Below, one piece after another: positions 12,943 through 22,579 of a DNA stretch of 64,000 nt. Each line of letters begins with the position of its first letter. Position 1 is the first letter of the stretch. Origin of the DNA: Bdellovibrionales bacterium (GTDB lineage Bacteria > Bdellovibrionota > Bdellovibrionia > Bdellovibrionales > UBA1609); NCBI GenBank assembly GCA_050246815.1, contig JBFWVI010000009.1, positions 1 through 64,000 of the forward strand. Direction: 5' to 3'. Under the pieces are notes generated by a model. That model made no database searches. It had not been told where the DNA came from and saw only the letters and a program-made list of their open reading frames with translations. A program made the position numbers and the translations under genes.

Positions 12943-14271
12943 TTGAACTGTAGCGCCTATTTCAAATTGCTTGTGGGGCTTTTGCTTGGACTTTGTGCCG
13001 AGGCTTGGGCCGCCACTGATGGGCTGGTGGGCATGCGCTCCCTGCTGAGTTGGGCAAAAGAAAGCCAAGTGGATTGGCGCGAGGCTACTTACGCACGAGA
13101 AAAAGCCGGGATGAGTGTCACTTCGGCGCGCTCGGTGTTCTTGCCGGATTTAGGTCTGCGCTCGACGTATACTTACGACTGGCAACTTGATGATGCGAAA
13201 AGTGACTCGGTTTCATCTGAGGCAATGATCGTTTCGACCTGGTCGCTTTATGACAATGGGACTTCGTTTCGAACTTTTCGCATTCGCAATTTGGAATTGG
13301 AAAAGGCCAAACTTCAGGAAACCACAGCACACAACTCAGTGAGCTATGAGGTTTTTGATCGTTACTTGCGCCACCTGTTGGCTCGTCGCCAAAAGGAAAT
13401 CACCACAGGCAAACTGAATCTTTTGGTGGGGCAGTATCGCTTGACTCAGCAACAGTATCGTCAAGGTTTGAAGACACGTCGCGATTACCAGCGGCTCGAG
13501 TCCGAGACGGAGCGGGCGCGCCTGAATCTGCTTCGCCAGGAAAACTCGGAGAAAGATTCTTTCGATGAGCTGAAACGCTATTTGGGCGTAAGTGGCGCGG
13601 CACTGACTTCGATGGAAAAATTAAAGATTGTACCGGTCGCGAGTTTTTTACCAGCCATGCAGCGTATGCGGGATTTTAATAAAATCAAAAAGGACCAAGT
13701 TCTAACTGTGCGAACTGCCGAGCTGGACAAAGATGTACGCCGGTTACAGAGTTTGCAGGCCGACACGCCGCTTTGGCCAATGGTGGATTTGAATGGTCAG
13801 GTGGGTTACGGCTCGCAATCCTTTGCGGGATTTGGCGAAAGCTGGCGTGATCAGGATCGTTTCTATGGTCAGGGGCTGGTTCAATTCAGCTGGAATTTGT
13901 GGGATTGGGGCGGGCGGCGCAGTACGGCTCGTGCGGCTCAGCTTGATGAAAGGCTTTCTCATTTGCGGTTCGATCAAAGTCGTTTGAACGCAGATGCGGA
14001 ATTTGAAAGATTGTTGCGCGATTATCTGCGGCTTGAAAAGTCTTTGGCCGTTGTGCGCAAGGTGCACTCCATCGAATTGAGCACATTTCGTGATATTGAA
14101 GTCGAATATCGTGAAGGGCGCGCCTCTTACTTGGACTTGATCACCAGTTTGGATCGGCGTTCGCAGGCCGAGCTGGACGTGGAGCAAGAAACGGTGGCGA
14201 TGCTTTTGAATATGTCACAGCTCTTGAGAATGACGGGGGACCTGTATGAAGCTTGCCTGCAGTTGGACTAA
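12943..14271 (+). CDS. TolC-family outer membrane efflux protein
   Basis: Signal peptide and two OEP-like repeats (FLPDLGL...WSLYDNG...QYRQG; WPMVDL...WNLWDWG...EYREGRASYLDL). Operonic with an adaptor and an ABC transporter. Confidence 0.88.
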   Translation: MNCSAYFKLLVGLLLGLCAEAWAATDGLVGMRSLLSWAKESQVDWREATYAREKAGMSVTSARSVFLPDLGLRSTYTYDWQLDDAKSDSVSSEAMIVSTWSLYDNGTSFRTFRIRNLELEKAKLQETTAHNSVSYEVFDRYLRHLLARRQKEITTGKLNLLVGQYRLTQQQYRQGLKTRRDYQRLESETERARLNLLRQENSEKDSFDELKRYLGVSGAALTSMEKLKIVPVASFLPAMQRMRDFNKIKKDQVLTVRTAELDKDVRRLQSLQADTPLWPMVDLNGQVGYGSQSFAGFGESWRDQDRFYGQGLVQFSWNLWDWGGRRSTARAAQLDERLSHLRFDQSRLNADAEFERLLRDYLRLEKSLAVVRKVHSIELSTFRDIEVEYREGRASYLDLITSLDRRSQAELDVEQETVAMLLNMSQLLRMTGDLYEACLQLD

Positions 14272-15097
14272 TTTTAACCTGGTGATGATGGCAGGGGCGC
14301 TCGCTGTGAGTTGCACTAAAAAAATCGATTCCACTGTCAAAACCGGAAAAGTTGAAAAGACCGACGTTATTCAGCGTACCACATTGAATGGCAGCCTACG
14401 TGGCAATCGGCAGAGCCAGATCCAGCCGGGGTACTCTGGTTATGTGGGCAAAGTTTTTGTGAAGGTCGGTGAAGACGTGAAGGCTGGACAGGCTTTGGTG
14501 AGCATCACGCAGACGATCAACCAAAACTTGAACGAAGTATTTCCGATACGTGCGCCGTTTGCGGGAAAGGTGACTCAAATTCTGAAGCAAGAGGGCGAAT
14601 ACATTTCGACGTCGAGCAGCAACAACGCTTTGTTGGTGCTGGATGATCTGACCTCGATGTGGATTGATGCCAATATCCCCGAGGTCGACATTGCCAAGGT
14701 ATCTTTAGGGCTTGAGGCGCAAATTCGTGCCAATGCTTTGCCCGGACGCACTTACAAGGGGGCGGTACAGACCCTGTCACTGTCTTCCAAGGCCGCCACG
14801 GATCGTTGGGACCGAGGCCGGGTGGAGTTTCCGGCTGAAATTCGAGTGCTGGATCCGGATCAAGATCTGAAGCCCGGCATGACGGTTGTGGTGGATGTGA
14901 TTTCGGCCAAAGTAGAAGGGGTACTGGCGGTGCGACATGAATTTGTGCATCGCGAGCGTGGGGATGTTTTTTTGATCGACAAAAATGATCGGCGTTATCC
15001 GGTTGAGCTGGGACTTTCAAATGAAGACATGGTGGAAATTCGCAGCGGTGTAAGTGAAGGTTTTGAAGTCAAAATGAAGGACTTCACAAAACTTTGA
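14246..15097 (+). CDS. MacA-like periplasmic adaptor (membrane fusion lipoprotein)
   Basis: Lipobox LAVSC, GYVGKVFVKVGEDVKAGQAL and IRAPFAGKV lipoyl halves with almost no helical hairpin between them, IPEVDI, LKPGMT, VELGLSN. Confidence 0.88.
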   Translation: MKLACSWTNFNLVMMAGALAVSCTKKIDSTVKTGKVEKTDVIQRTTLNGSLRGNRQSQIQPGYSGYVGKVFVKVGEDVKAGQALVSITQTINQNLNEVFPIRAPFAGKVTQILKQEGEYISTSSSNNALLVLDDLTSMWIDANIPEVDIAKVSLGLEAQIRANALPGRTYKGAVQTLSLSSKAATDRWDRGRVEFPAEIRVLDPDQDLKPGMTVVVDVISAKVEGVLAVRHEFVHRERGDVFLIDKNDRRYPVELGLSNEDMVEIRSGVSEGFEVKMKDFTKL

Positions 15098-17187
15098 TGG
15101 AGCTGCTGCTTGAAACCCGCAATTTGGGCTTTTCTTATAAGACAGGGCCGCCTGTTTTAAAGGGTATTTCGTTTGGAATTCGGCATGGCGAATTTGTGGC
15201 AATCACAGGTCCATCGGGCTCGGGCAAGTCGACTTTGTTTTATTTGTTGGGTGCGCTGACTTCTAAATTCAAAGGCGATATTTTTTTTGAAGGCATTTCT
15301 TACCGCACCATGAGTGCCGAGAAAGCCGCCGTGTTTCGCAATCAAAATATCGGCTTTGTATTTCAGCAGTTTTACCTGCTGCCGCGGGCGAATGTTTTGG
15401 ACAACATATTGTTACCAGCAAATTATCCCTTTGAAACTTCGCGCCCCACACTGGTGGACCAAGAACGAGCTAAAAATTTAGCTCATGAGTTGGGAATAGA
15501 GCATTTACTAGAGCGCGGACCACAACAGCTTTCGGGCGGGCAGCAACAACGAGTGGCGATTGCGCGAGCCCTGCTGCGAGACCCAGATTTGATTTTGGCT
15601 GATGAACCCACGGGAAATTTGGACAGTCACTCGAGTGAGGCGGTTTTTGGCTTGCTGCGCGAGATGAATCGCAAAGGAAAAACCGTGGTTTTGATTACTC
15701 ACAGCCAAGAACTAGCCAATCAGTGCGAGCGAATCATTCGCTTTAAAGATGGTGAAATCGAAGAGGATGTGAAAAATGGATCTAAATCGGCAGAGGGTTC
15801 TGTTCAAGAGTCAAAGGGGGCGCTTGAAGGACTGAATCTTTCGGACATCGCCAAATTTCGTATGCGGGAACCTTTGGCCCCCGGGTCGCGTTGGATGCAG
15901 TTTTTGGCCACATGGTCTTTGGTTTCTTATTGGCGATCGCTTCGGCCTGCCATAGAAAATATCCGGCGCAGTAAGGCCAAATCTTTTTTGACGATGCTGG
16001 GTGTGGTGCTGGGGATCGCGGCGGTTTTGAGTACGATGAGTCTGGGCGATTTTACCAAACGGCGGGTGCTGGCCGGCTATGAGTCAATGGGTGTTAATAA
16101 CTTGAATTTGAATGGTTATCCAAATTGGCGCCGCAGCTCGCGTGAATATGCCCCAGCTATTTTTCAGGCCTTTGATTGGCGGCGGGACTTGTTACCATTA
16201 CAAAAAATATTCACTGAAATTGAGGCCATGTCACCCGTGCTGCAAGTGTGGAGCCCTAAATTTAATTTCGGCGGTAACACTTTGTCAGACGACACGACCT
16301 TGCTGGGGGTGAATGAAGACTATTATATGATCACTAATCAGCAGCTTAAGGAGGGGCGACGCTTGATGTGGTTGGACGTCGAGAACGCCCATCCGGTGTG
16401 CGTGATTGGCTCAGGCGTGCAGAAGAAACTGTTCCGCCATGATGCTGCCCTGGATCGCATCGTCACCATTTTGCCGCAAAATCAAGAAAGTGAAATTCCG
16501 TGTCGCGTGGTGGGCGTATACAAACCTCAGCCGTCGCAAAATGCCAACAACCAGCCCGATGATATGATTTACGCACCTTACACCTACTTGCAGCGCGGTT
16601 TGACCAATCCTTGGGAGCGGGACATGCGCGGAGTTTCGATCAAAATCAGTTCCGGTTTTGACCCGGATAAAATGGGCAAACAATTTGAAGGGTATTTTAA
16701 GTCCCGCTATGGCAACACGGGCCAATTCAATTCCAATTCGAATGCGAAGGCCATCGCCGAGATGCGACTTTTTGTGGCCATTTTTTCATCGCTTTTGACT
16801 GCGGTGGCGCTGATCGCCTTGATTGTTGGCGGGGTTGGGATCAACAACATGATGTTGGTGAATTTATCAGAGCGATTAAAGGAGCTGGGCTTACGCAAGG
16901 CCTTGGGCGCGACACCACAGCAGATTCGCGCACTGCTGCTGACCGAGTCTTTGGTTTTGTGTCTGATCGGCGGTGTGGTGGGTTTGATTTTAGGATTTTG
17001 TGGATACCACGGCTTGATCTATGCCGCGACGAAGTTAATTCCAAACCTTGAGTTTCAGTGGGTTGTGCTATGGGGGGCTGTGCTGCTGTCGGGAGGCGCG
17101 GTCATCATCACGGGACTTTTAAGTGGCATGACTCCGGCGCTCAAAGCGGAACGTCTTCAAGTTATCGATGCGCTAAGACAGGAATAG
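15097..17187 (+). CDS. macB: MacB-family ABC transporter (fused ATPase and permease)
   Basis: [66 protein letters not shown] 15097 overlaps the upstream TGA. Confidence 0.92.
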   Translation: MELLLETRNLGFSYKTGPPVLKGISFGIRHGEFVAITGPSGSGKSTLFYLLGALTSKFKGDIFFEGISYRTMSAEKAAVFRNQNIGFVFQQFYLLPRANVLDNILLPANYPFETSRPTLVDQERAKNLAHELGIEHLLERGPQQLSGGQQQRVAIARALLRDPDLILADEPTGNLDSHSSEAVFGLLREMNRKGKTVVLITHSQELANQCERIIRFKDGEIEEDVKNGSKSAEGSVQESKGALEGLNLSDIAKFRMREPLAPGSRWMQFLATWSLVSYWRSLRPAIENIRRSKAKSFLTMLGVVLGIAAVLSTMSLGDFTKRRVLAGYESMGVNNLNLNGYPNWRRSSREYAPAIFQAFDWRRDLLPLQKIFTEIEAMSPVLQVWSPKFNFGGNTLSDDTTLLGVNEDYYMITNQQLKEGRRLMWLDVENAHPVCVIGSGVQKKLFRHDAALDRIVTILPQNQESEIPCRVVGVYKPQPSQNANNQPDDMIYAPYTYLQRGLTNPWERDMRGVSIKISSGFDPDKMGKQFEGYFKSRYGNTGQFNSNSNAKAIAEMRLFVAIFSSLLTAVALIALIVGGVGINNMMLVNLSERLKELGLRKALGATPQQIRALLLTESLVLCLIGGVVGLILGFCGYHGLIYAATKLIPNLEFQWVVLWGAVLLSGGAVIITGLLSGMTPALKAERLQVIDALRQE

Positions 17188-17261
17188 CATTTTTTTTCGC
17201 AGATAAATTTGTCCAAAAAATATTCAGATTCAACCTGATCCCGATTTGGTTGGGGTAAGAT

Positions 17262-17276
17262 GTCTCACTTTGAGAC
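17262..17276. promoter_or_regulatory. Perfect palindrome GTCTCA-CTT-TGAGAC (putative operator)
   Basis: 6-3-6 inverted repeat 84 nt upstream of the octaheme gene. Related copies at 3539 and 39050. Confidence 0.55.
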
Positions 17277-17360
17277 CGTTCGTATTTAAATAAATCTGAA
17301 GCTTCTCTCCAAGTTTAAATTGGCTGATAATGGGAGCAGTAGACTTATGCCGGGGTACCC

Positions 17361-18185
17361 GTGAAAAGAAGCAGTCTTCTTCAAAACCTGAGTGTCATCG
17401 TGTTTTTTGCCGGCATGATTTTTTTGTTTCAGAATTGCAATGTGTTAAGCCGGCCTCAGGCGGTCGACATGTCATCACTTTCGTTGCTTTTATTTCATGA
17501 CAACTTTGATGTGGCGACTTTACAATGTATGGATTGTCATGAAAGTGATCGAAAAGACGTCGCTCACTTTGCAGGGCAAGACTGTGCCGGTTGCCATGTG
17601 CCTGGCCCAGGTTGGGCTGTAAGCGCGGATGCCGCACATAACCCAGTACCAGTTCAATGCAAATCCTGCCATGCTGATGGAGCCACTTACGATCGATATC
17701 CTGTTGGTCATATGGCAATTGCAAGTGGCAGTGATTGTATTGACTGCCATAAGGCGTCCATCAGTGCGGGCTTTATGGATTGGAAGGGTGGTTTATTTGC
17801 ACACGATGCTACATTAATCGCAGGAAGAAACTGTTCAAGCTGCCATGCTGCAGATCGCCCCCCGATCGTTAATTCAACGAACATCAACCCCAGTATCAAT
17901 GATGCCCGTGTCGTGGATAAAACTCACTTTGCGGCCAAAGATTGCTTTTACTGCCACAATGCACCACCGACAGGAAACTCGTGGCGAGGTGCCAGTGCCA
18001 ATCAGTATGAACACACCGATGCATCAGGAATCAAACTCAATTTCTGCCTCTCTTGCCACATGAGAAGTGAGCATGTGGGCGTACACGGCTCGGTCAACTC
18101 GGACTTAGACACAGACGGAAAGTGCCAGCAATGTCACCAGAAACGAAGAAGCTGGGACAAATCGCCGCGCAATCCAAACTTGTGA
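17361..18185 (+). CDS. Octaheme c-type cytochrome, probable lipoprotein
   Basis: Eight CxxCH motifs (CMDCH, CAGCH, CKSCH, CIDCH, CSSCH, CFYCH, CLSCH, CQQCH). Hydrophobic signal ending FLFQNC. Confidence 0.88.
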   Translation: MKRSSLLQNLSVIVFFAGMIFLFQNCNVLSRPQAVDMSSLSLLLFHDNFDVATLQCMDCHESDRKDVAHFAGQDCAGCHVPGPGWAVSADAAHNPVPVQCKSCHADGATYDRYPVGHMAIASGSDCIDCHKASISAGFMDWKGGLFAHDATLIAGRNCSSCHAADRPPIVNSTNINPSINDARVVDKTHFAAKDCFYCHNAPPTGNSWRGASANQYEHTDASGIKLNFCLSCHMRSEHVGVHGSVNSDLDTDGKCQQCHQKRRSWDKSPRNPNL

Positions 18186-18187
18186 TT

Positions 18188-18778
18188 TTACTCTTTCAAA
18201 AGACGCGACATTTCTTGAATCGACGCAGGGCTTTGCCAATCTCTAAAACCACTAATCTTGCGGTAAAACTTCAAGCCTTTTTTTAAAATATAGCTTTCAG
18301 GCAGCGCTGAAGTTCCATAACTATTAGCGGTCTGTCCGAATGGGTCCAGCAATGTAATGAAATTCGAACTTGGTTTGATTTTTAAGTTTTTAAAAAAATC
18401 GAGCACCACGGACGAATTCTTGTCTTGCGAGATCGCGAGGATAAGAATTTCTTTTTCAAAGCTTCTTGAAAATTGAAGAAGAGAGGGCAGTTCGTCCAAA
18501 CAGGGTTTGCACCAGGTAGCCCAAAAGTTAACGATCACAATCTTATCTGTATGGTCTTGAATGGCAAATGGGCTTCCGTTCAAGTCAAGAAGCGAGAAGT
18601 GCGGCGCTTGTTGAAAGGGCGTCTGTAGAGTCGCAATATCAAGGTCCGAGGGATTGATTTCTGGATTCACAACATAGCGATCGACAAGTTTGTAGGTGCC
18701 GAAGGCGATGGCCACTACCGCGAGCAAAATCAGCGTTGTGGTTAAAGTCCGAGATCGAATGTGAACTGGTTGTGACAT
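18188..18778 (-). CDS. Membrane-anchored TlpA/ResA-family thiol-disulfide oxidoreductase
   Basis: N-terminal TM helix, APHFSLLDLNG, VNFWATWCKPC-x2-ELP and YGTSALPESY motifs. Confidence 0.92.
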   Translation of the reverse strand: MSQPVHIRSRTLTTTLILLAVVAIAFGTYKLVDRYVVNPEINPSDLDIATLQTPFQQAPHFSLLDLNGSPFAIQDHTDKIVIVNFWATWCKPCLDELPSLLQFSRSFEKEILILAISQDKNSSVVLDFFKNLKIKPSSNFITLLDPFGQTANSYGTSALPESYILKKGLKFYRKISGFRDWQSPASIQEMSRLLKE

Positions 18779-21222
18779 TTATTACATTCCTGCACGCCTA
18801 AAATTGGTGCGTGATTGAAGGTGGAGTTATCGACGTTGTTGCGATGGCAGTCTGTGCAGCTTGAGTAAGTGCCCTGGTAGACTCCATTGTTGTGGCACGA
18901 GAAACAATCCAAAGCTCGATGACTCCCGCGAAGCGGGAAGGCTGTCATGGAGTGGCGAAATTTTGAATGCTCCCAAAATGTTTGTCGGTGGCATTCGCTG
19001 CAATTGGGTAAGGAGCCATTGTGGACGTCGTCTTTTTGGTGGCAGACAGAGCAGCTTTCGCTGAGGCCCGAAAGTTTACGATCTTCTCGGTGGCACTCCA
19101 CGCAAGACAGCGTAAAGTGGCTCGCATGCAAAGTGAAATTGCGGTGAAAGTCCTTTACGATGGACCAACCTTTGTCGATGTGGCAGCTTTGGCAGCGATT
19201 GCCGAATTGCCCCTTATGGGTATCATCTCTTTTGTGGCAGTCGACGCAATCGGTTGAGAGTGGCCGATAGAGAGTTAATCTGTAGGCCTTCTGGTCGGGG
19301 CCAAATTGCACGCGCTTAGTTTCGTGGGGTTTATGGCAATCGCTGCATTTTGTCTTGACGTGTTTACCCGATAGCGCAAACCGTGTGCCCTTGTTGTGAT
19401 TGAAGTTGGTCGGCGACCACTTTTTTTCGTTATGACAATTTTGGCAGCTGATTCCTAATTGGCCAGCATGAAAATCAGAGTGACAAGTGGTGCAGGATTT
19501 TTTTTCCAGATCTGGGAAAAGAAAGCGGTGCCAAACTACTTCTTTTTGTCCGTAAGTCGAGCGGTTCAATGGCTTGTGACAATCGGCGCATTTAAGATCT
19601 TTGTGCCGCCCTTTAAGGGAAAATGCGGTTCGCTCATGGTCAAAGGATTTGAGATCAGAAAAGCGAGTGGTGGTATGGCATTCGGTGCAATTTTTTGCCG
19701 AAAATGCGGTGTGGAATTGATCCAAGTGAGGGTTGCGATGACAATCGAGACAAAATCCGGATTCAAAGCTTGGAAACTTAAAGACTTGCTTGCCGTTTTG
19801 ATTGTGGCACGAGGAGCATTTAAGATTTTGATGCTGGCCGCTGAGCTGGAATCGGGTTTGATTGTGATCGAAAGTTCCTTTTTTGTCATTGGGTTGCAGA
19901 TGCCAGCCCTCTGTAATATGGCAAGTGCTGCACTTTTTATTTGTAAAAGCCTTTGATGGAGAGCCCAAGTGAGGGTTTTGGTGGCAGGCGTTGCAGCTGG
20001 CGGAGGTTAGGTTGTGCCATAAATATCGGCCTGGCTTGTTGGCCCTATGCAGTGGCATCAAGAGTCCAGCTTTCTTTTTTTCCGGTAGATGGCAGTCCGC
20101 GCAAGACAGTGCGCTGTGTTTGCCATCGATTTCAAAGCGAGTGTTTGTTGAGTGGTTGAAGTCGTGAGTTTTCTTCCAATCGGATTCGGAATGACAGGAT
20201 AAGCAGTTGTTTGGATTTTTTATGCGTGGAGATTTGTAGGCGCCAAACAAATGCTGATCTTTATGACAAGTGAGGCAGGCTTGTGAGAGGCCTTTGTAGT
20301 TGAGTTGGGCCGCTTTGGGCCGGCCGGCGTTTTGTTTATGACAGTCTGTGCAGCGAAGCTGGGCGTGTTTGCCGCGAAGCGGATAGCCGGTGTTTTGGTG
20401 TGGGAAGCTTGTTGTCTTCCAGCTAGTTTGATTGTGGCATGTGGTGCAATTGCCGTTTTGATATTTAGCCGAAAGATTTTGTCGGTGAGGCGATTCATGA
20501 CAGCTAAGGCACTTTGAGCTTGAAAGCTGTTTCCAATGATAGCGCGCAGGTGACTTGGGGGTGGTCGGCTTCTGAGGGGAGTGACAGTCTTGGCACTTTA
20601 ACTGAGCGTGCTTTTCTTCAAGCTGAAATCGCGTATCCCGATTGTGATCAAATTTGGTTACTGTTTTCCAGGCCTGACTGTTGTGGCATGCATCACAGTC
20701 CTTTCGGGCCCACTTATCCGTGAACTGATGAATGTCGTCTTTGCGGTGGCAAGAGATGCAGCTTGAGATCTGCCCAATGTAGCGGACCCCGTCGGGTCGA
20801 ATAGGCTTTTGTGAGCGCTTTTGTTTGTGGCAGTCCGTGCACTTGAGTTGAGCGTGTTTGCCCGTCAGCGAAAGGCCTGTGATGTCATGGTTGAACTTGG
20901 CTTCGTTCAAAATTGTTGTATCATGTTGGCGACCTTGGTGGTCGGAATGGCAGTCCTGGCACTTTTTATCTGTGCGTCCGTGCAGTCCGCGTTTTTCATT
21001 TACGAACGGCAGGATCTCCTTATGGCATTCAAGGCATTTTTGGCTGGGCAGTCCTTTGCCCGCATCGTGGCATTTCATGCAGTCCGTGGCCTCTAAGTCT
21101 TTGTGCCCTTCGATAAGGGGGCCTGGTGCAAAGAGTTTATTGAGCAGGGCTTCCCGACTGGCCTCTTGGGCTTGCAGGACAACAGGTATCAAAACCAGTA
21201 GGGTATAGAGCCAACGCTTCAT
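18742..21222 (-). CDS. 30-heme c-type cytochrome built from ten triheme modules
   Basis: 30 CxxCH motifs counted in 826 aa. Cleavable signal peptide (...VVLQA). Repeating F-[DN]-H-x-T-x-F-x-L-x-G-x-H...CxxCH pattern. Confidence 0.92.
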   Translation of the reverse strand: MKRWLYTLLVLIPVVLQAQEASREALLNKLFAPGPLIEGHKDLEATDCMKCHDAGKGLPSQKCLECHKEILPFVNEKRGLHGRTDKKCQDCHSDHQGRQHDTTILNEAKFNHDITGLSLTGKHAQLKCTDCHKQKRSQKPIRPDGVRYIGQISSCISCHRKDDIHQFTDKWARKDCDACHNSQAWKTVTKFDHNRDTRFQLEEKHAQLKCQDCHSPQKPTTPKSPARYHWKQLSSSKCLSCHESPHRQNLSAKYQNGNCTTCHNQTSWKTTSFPHQNTGYPLRGKHAQLRCTDCHKQNAGRPKAAQLNYKGLSQACLTCHKDQHLFGAYKSPRIKNPNNCLSCHSESDWKKTHDFNHSTNTRFEIDGKHSALSCADCHLPEKKKAGLLMPLHRANKPGRYLWHNLTSASCNACHQNPHLGSPSKAFTNKKCSTCHITEGWHLQPNDKKGTFDHNQTRFQLSGQHQNLKCSSCHNQNGKQVFKFPSFESGFCLDCHRNPHLDQFHTAFSAKNCTECHTTTRFSDLKSFDHERTAFSLKGRHKDLKCADCHKPLNRSTYGQKEVVWHRFLFPDLEKKSCTTCHSDFHAGQLGISCQNCHNEKKWSPTNFNHNKGTRFALSGKHVKTKCSDCHKPHETKRVQFGPDQKAYRLTLYRPLSTDCVDCHKRDDTHKGQFGNRCQSCHIDKGWSIVKDFHRNFTLHASHFTLSCVECHREDRKLSGLSESCSVCHQKDDVHNGSLPNCSECHRQTFWEHSKFRHSMTAFPLRGSHRALDCFSCHNNGVYQGTYSSCTDCHRNNVDNSTFNHAPILGVQECNKCHNQFTFDLGL

Positions 21223-22550
21223 AAGCGTCCCCGCGGTGGCGTGCCGTCTCGGAGCGGAGAAATTTTTTGATTGCCGAACAAAAGTGTGACTTGGAAGAGC
21301 GCAGAATAGATTTCAACTTTTTCGTCTCGTTGGTACTGTAGACTGGCGGCGCCAAAAAAACGCCGTGAGACTTGGAAGGCATAAGTGGCTTCACCGATGA
21401 TCGGGTGCAGGTGTTGACCCGTGGTCTCAGTTTCAGCGCCAAGGTCAATTGAGAACTCATACTCATCTTTGTCGGTGAAATAGCCAAAGCTGTATCCGCC
21501 ATAAGTGCCAGTTTTCGTAAATTCCTTTTTTTGTGCAAGTCGGTAAGACATATCGATGTTTTTGGAGTGTATTCTTGGCGTTTTACATTCGCCAGTGACA
21601 TTTAAGCGCTCCAAGTCATCCGCGCTTCGTTTTCCGTAGCGGGTTTGGAGGGTCCAGCGAAGCGTTGGACTAGAGAGCAGGGTGCCACGAAGAGACGCTT
21701 CTTTGTATGGGCTGGGCTCTAATTGTTCGCGTAGGTCCTGGGCACGGCGATATTCGACAACGTCGTAGGCGCTCAGACCTAATTGAGTGAAAAAGCGGGA
21801 TGTCCATTTTTGGTCATAGAGAGCCAACCCATTTTGAACGTAAGTGCGAGGCACAAAATCCAAGTACACCATACTTGAGACTTGGCTCCCCACGGCCCAT
21901 TGATAGGCGCTTCTTTGGTAGAGGTACTGGCGATCAGTTTGGCCATCGTATTGTTGTGTGACGTGGGCCACATGAAGTTCTTTGCGTGTAGTCCATGACG
22001 GTGTTTTGGGAGTCAGCGAAGCTATCGCGCCGAAGGTGGTGGCCTTTTCGCGAAACTGGAGATAGCTTTTGTCATATTGTTTTGGGTTAAGGCCGGCAAA
22101 GGCTTCGGCGCTAAAACTTTGCGACAGCCGCCATCCAATGCTCGCGCCATCGTTGAATGTAGCGCCAGCATCTGGTATCGCATAGCGGCCGACCTCAAAA
22201 ATAAGACCTTCTGAATTGGGATTTTTTCGTAAGGAGAGTTGGCGGACTTGGAATGAGTTGTGATCTGTCAGTTCCTGTCTTTCGCGGTCTAGCTTATTGA
22301 AAAAATCATGTTTGTCCCTGAGATCCGAGGTGAAGACCCACTCGCGCGTGAGCAGGTCCCCCGCACGATAGTAAAACCGGGCCGACGAAGTGGCAAAATC
22401 ATTGTTGTCGGTGCTGAAGGGCTCGGGCTCATGTTTTTCATGGGAGAAAAAGGCGCCAAAGCTAAGGCGCCCGTGTTCATCAAAGGCAAAAGTGGGGACC
22501 GCAAAGACGGCCCCAAACAACATCGGGATAAGTAAGCTTTTACTTTTCAT
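21219..22550 (-). CDS. Putative outer-membrane beta-barrel (porin-like) protein
   Basis: Signal peptide, no internal TM helices, many amphipathic aromatic-rich strands (GRLSFGAFFS, FEVGRY, GASIGW, YGGYSFGYF, ASLQYQ, LFQVTLLF). Overlaps the 30-heme gene start by 4 nt. The barrel call is an inference and there is no terminal Phe. Confidence 0.65.
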   Translation of the reverse strand: MKSKSLLIPMLFGAVFAVPTFAFDEHGRLSFGAFFSHEKHEPEPFSTDNNDFATSSARFYYRAGDLLTREWVFTSDLRDKHDFFNKLDRERQELTDHNSFQVRQLSLRKNPNSEGLIFEVGRYAIPDAGATFNDGASIGWRLSQSFSAEAFAGLNPKQYDKSYLQFREKATTFGAIASLTPKTPSWTTRKELHVAHVTQQYDGQTDRQYLYQRSAYQWAVGSQVSSMVYLDFVPRTYVQNGLALYDQKWTSRFFTQLGLSAYDVVEYRRAQDLREQLEPSPYKEASLRGTLLSSPTLRWTLQTRYGKRSADDLERLNVTGECKTPRIHSKNIDMSYRLAQKKEFTKTGTYGGYSFGYFTDKDEYEFSIDLGAETETTGQHLHPIIGEATYAFQVSRRFFGAASLQYQRDEKVEIYSALFQVTLLFGNQKISPLRDGTPPRGRL

Positions 22551-22579
22551 TTCAATCAGGCTCTGTCTAGAATGCTAGC

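Noticed and set aside
12943..17187. TolC/adaptor/ABC as a type I secretion system for the giant protein
   Set aside because: The ABC protein is MacB-type rather than HlyB/LapB-type, and the giant protein has an N-terminal lipoprotein signal and no RTX repeats.
18861..21208. Plus-strand ORFs opposite the 30-heme gene, and similar short ORFs opposite pilQ, phnE and the giant gene
   Set aside because: They are short antisense or alternate-frame shadows of well-supported genes, with no independent motifs or RBS.
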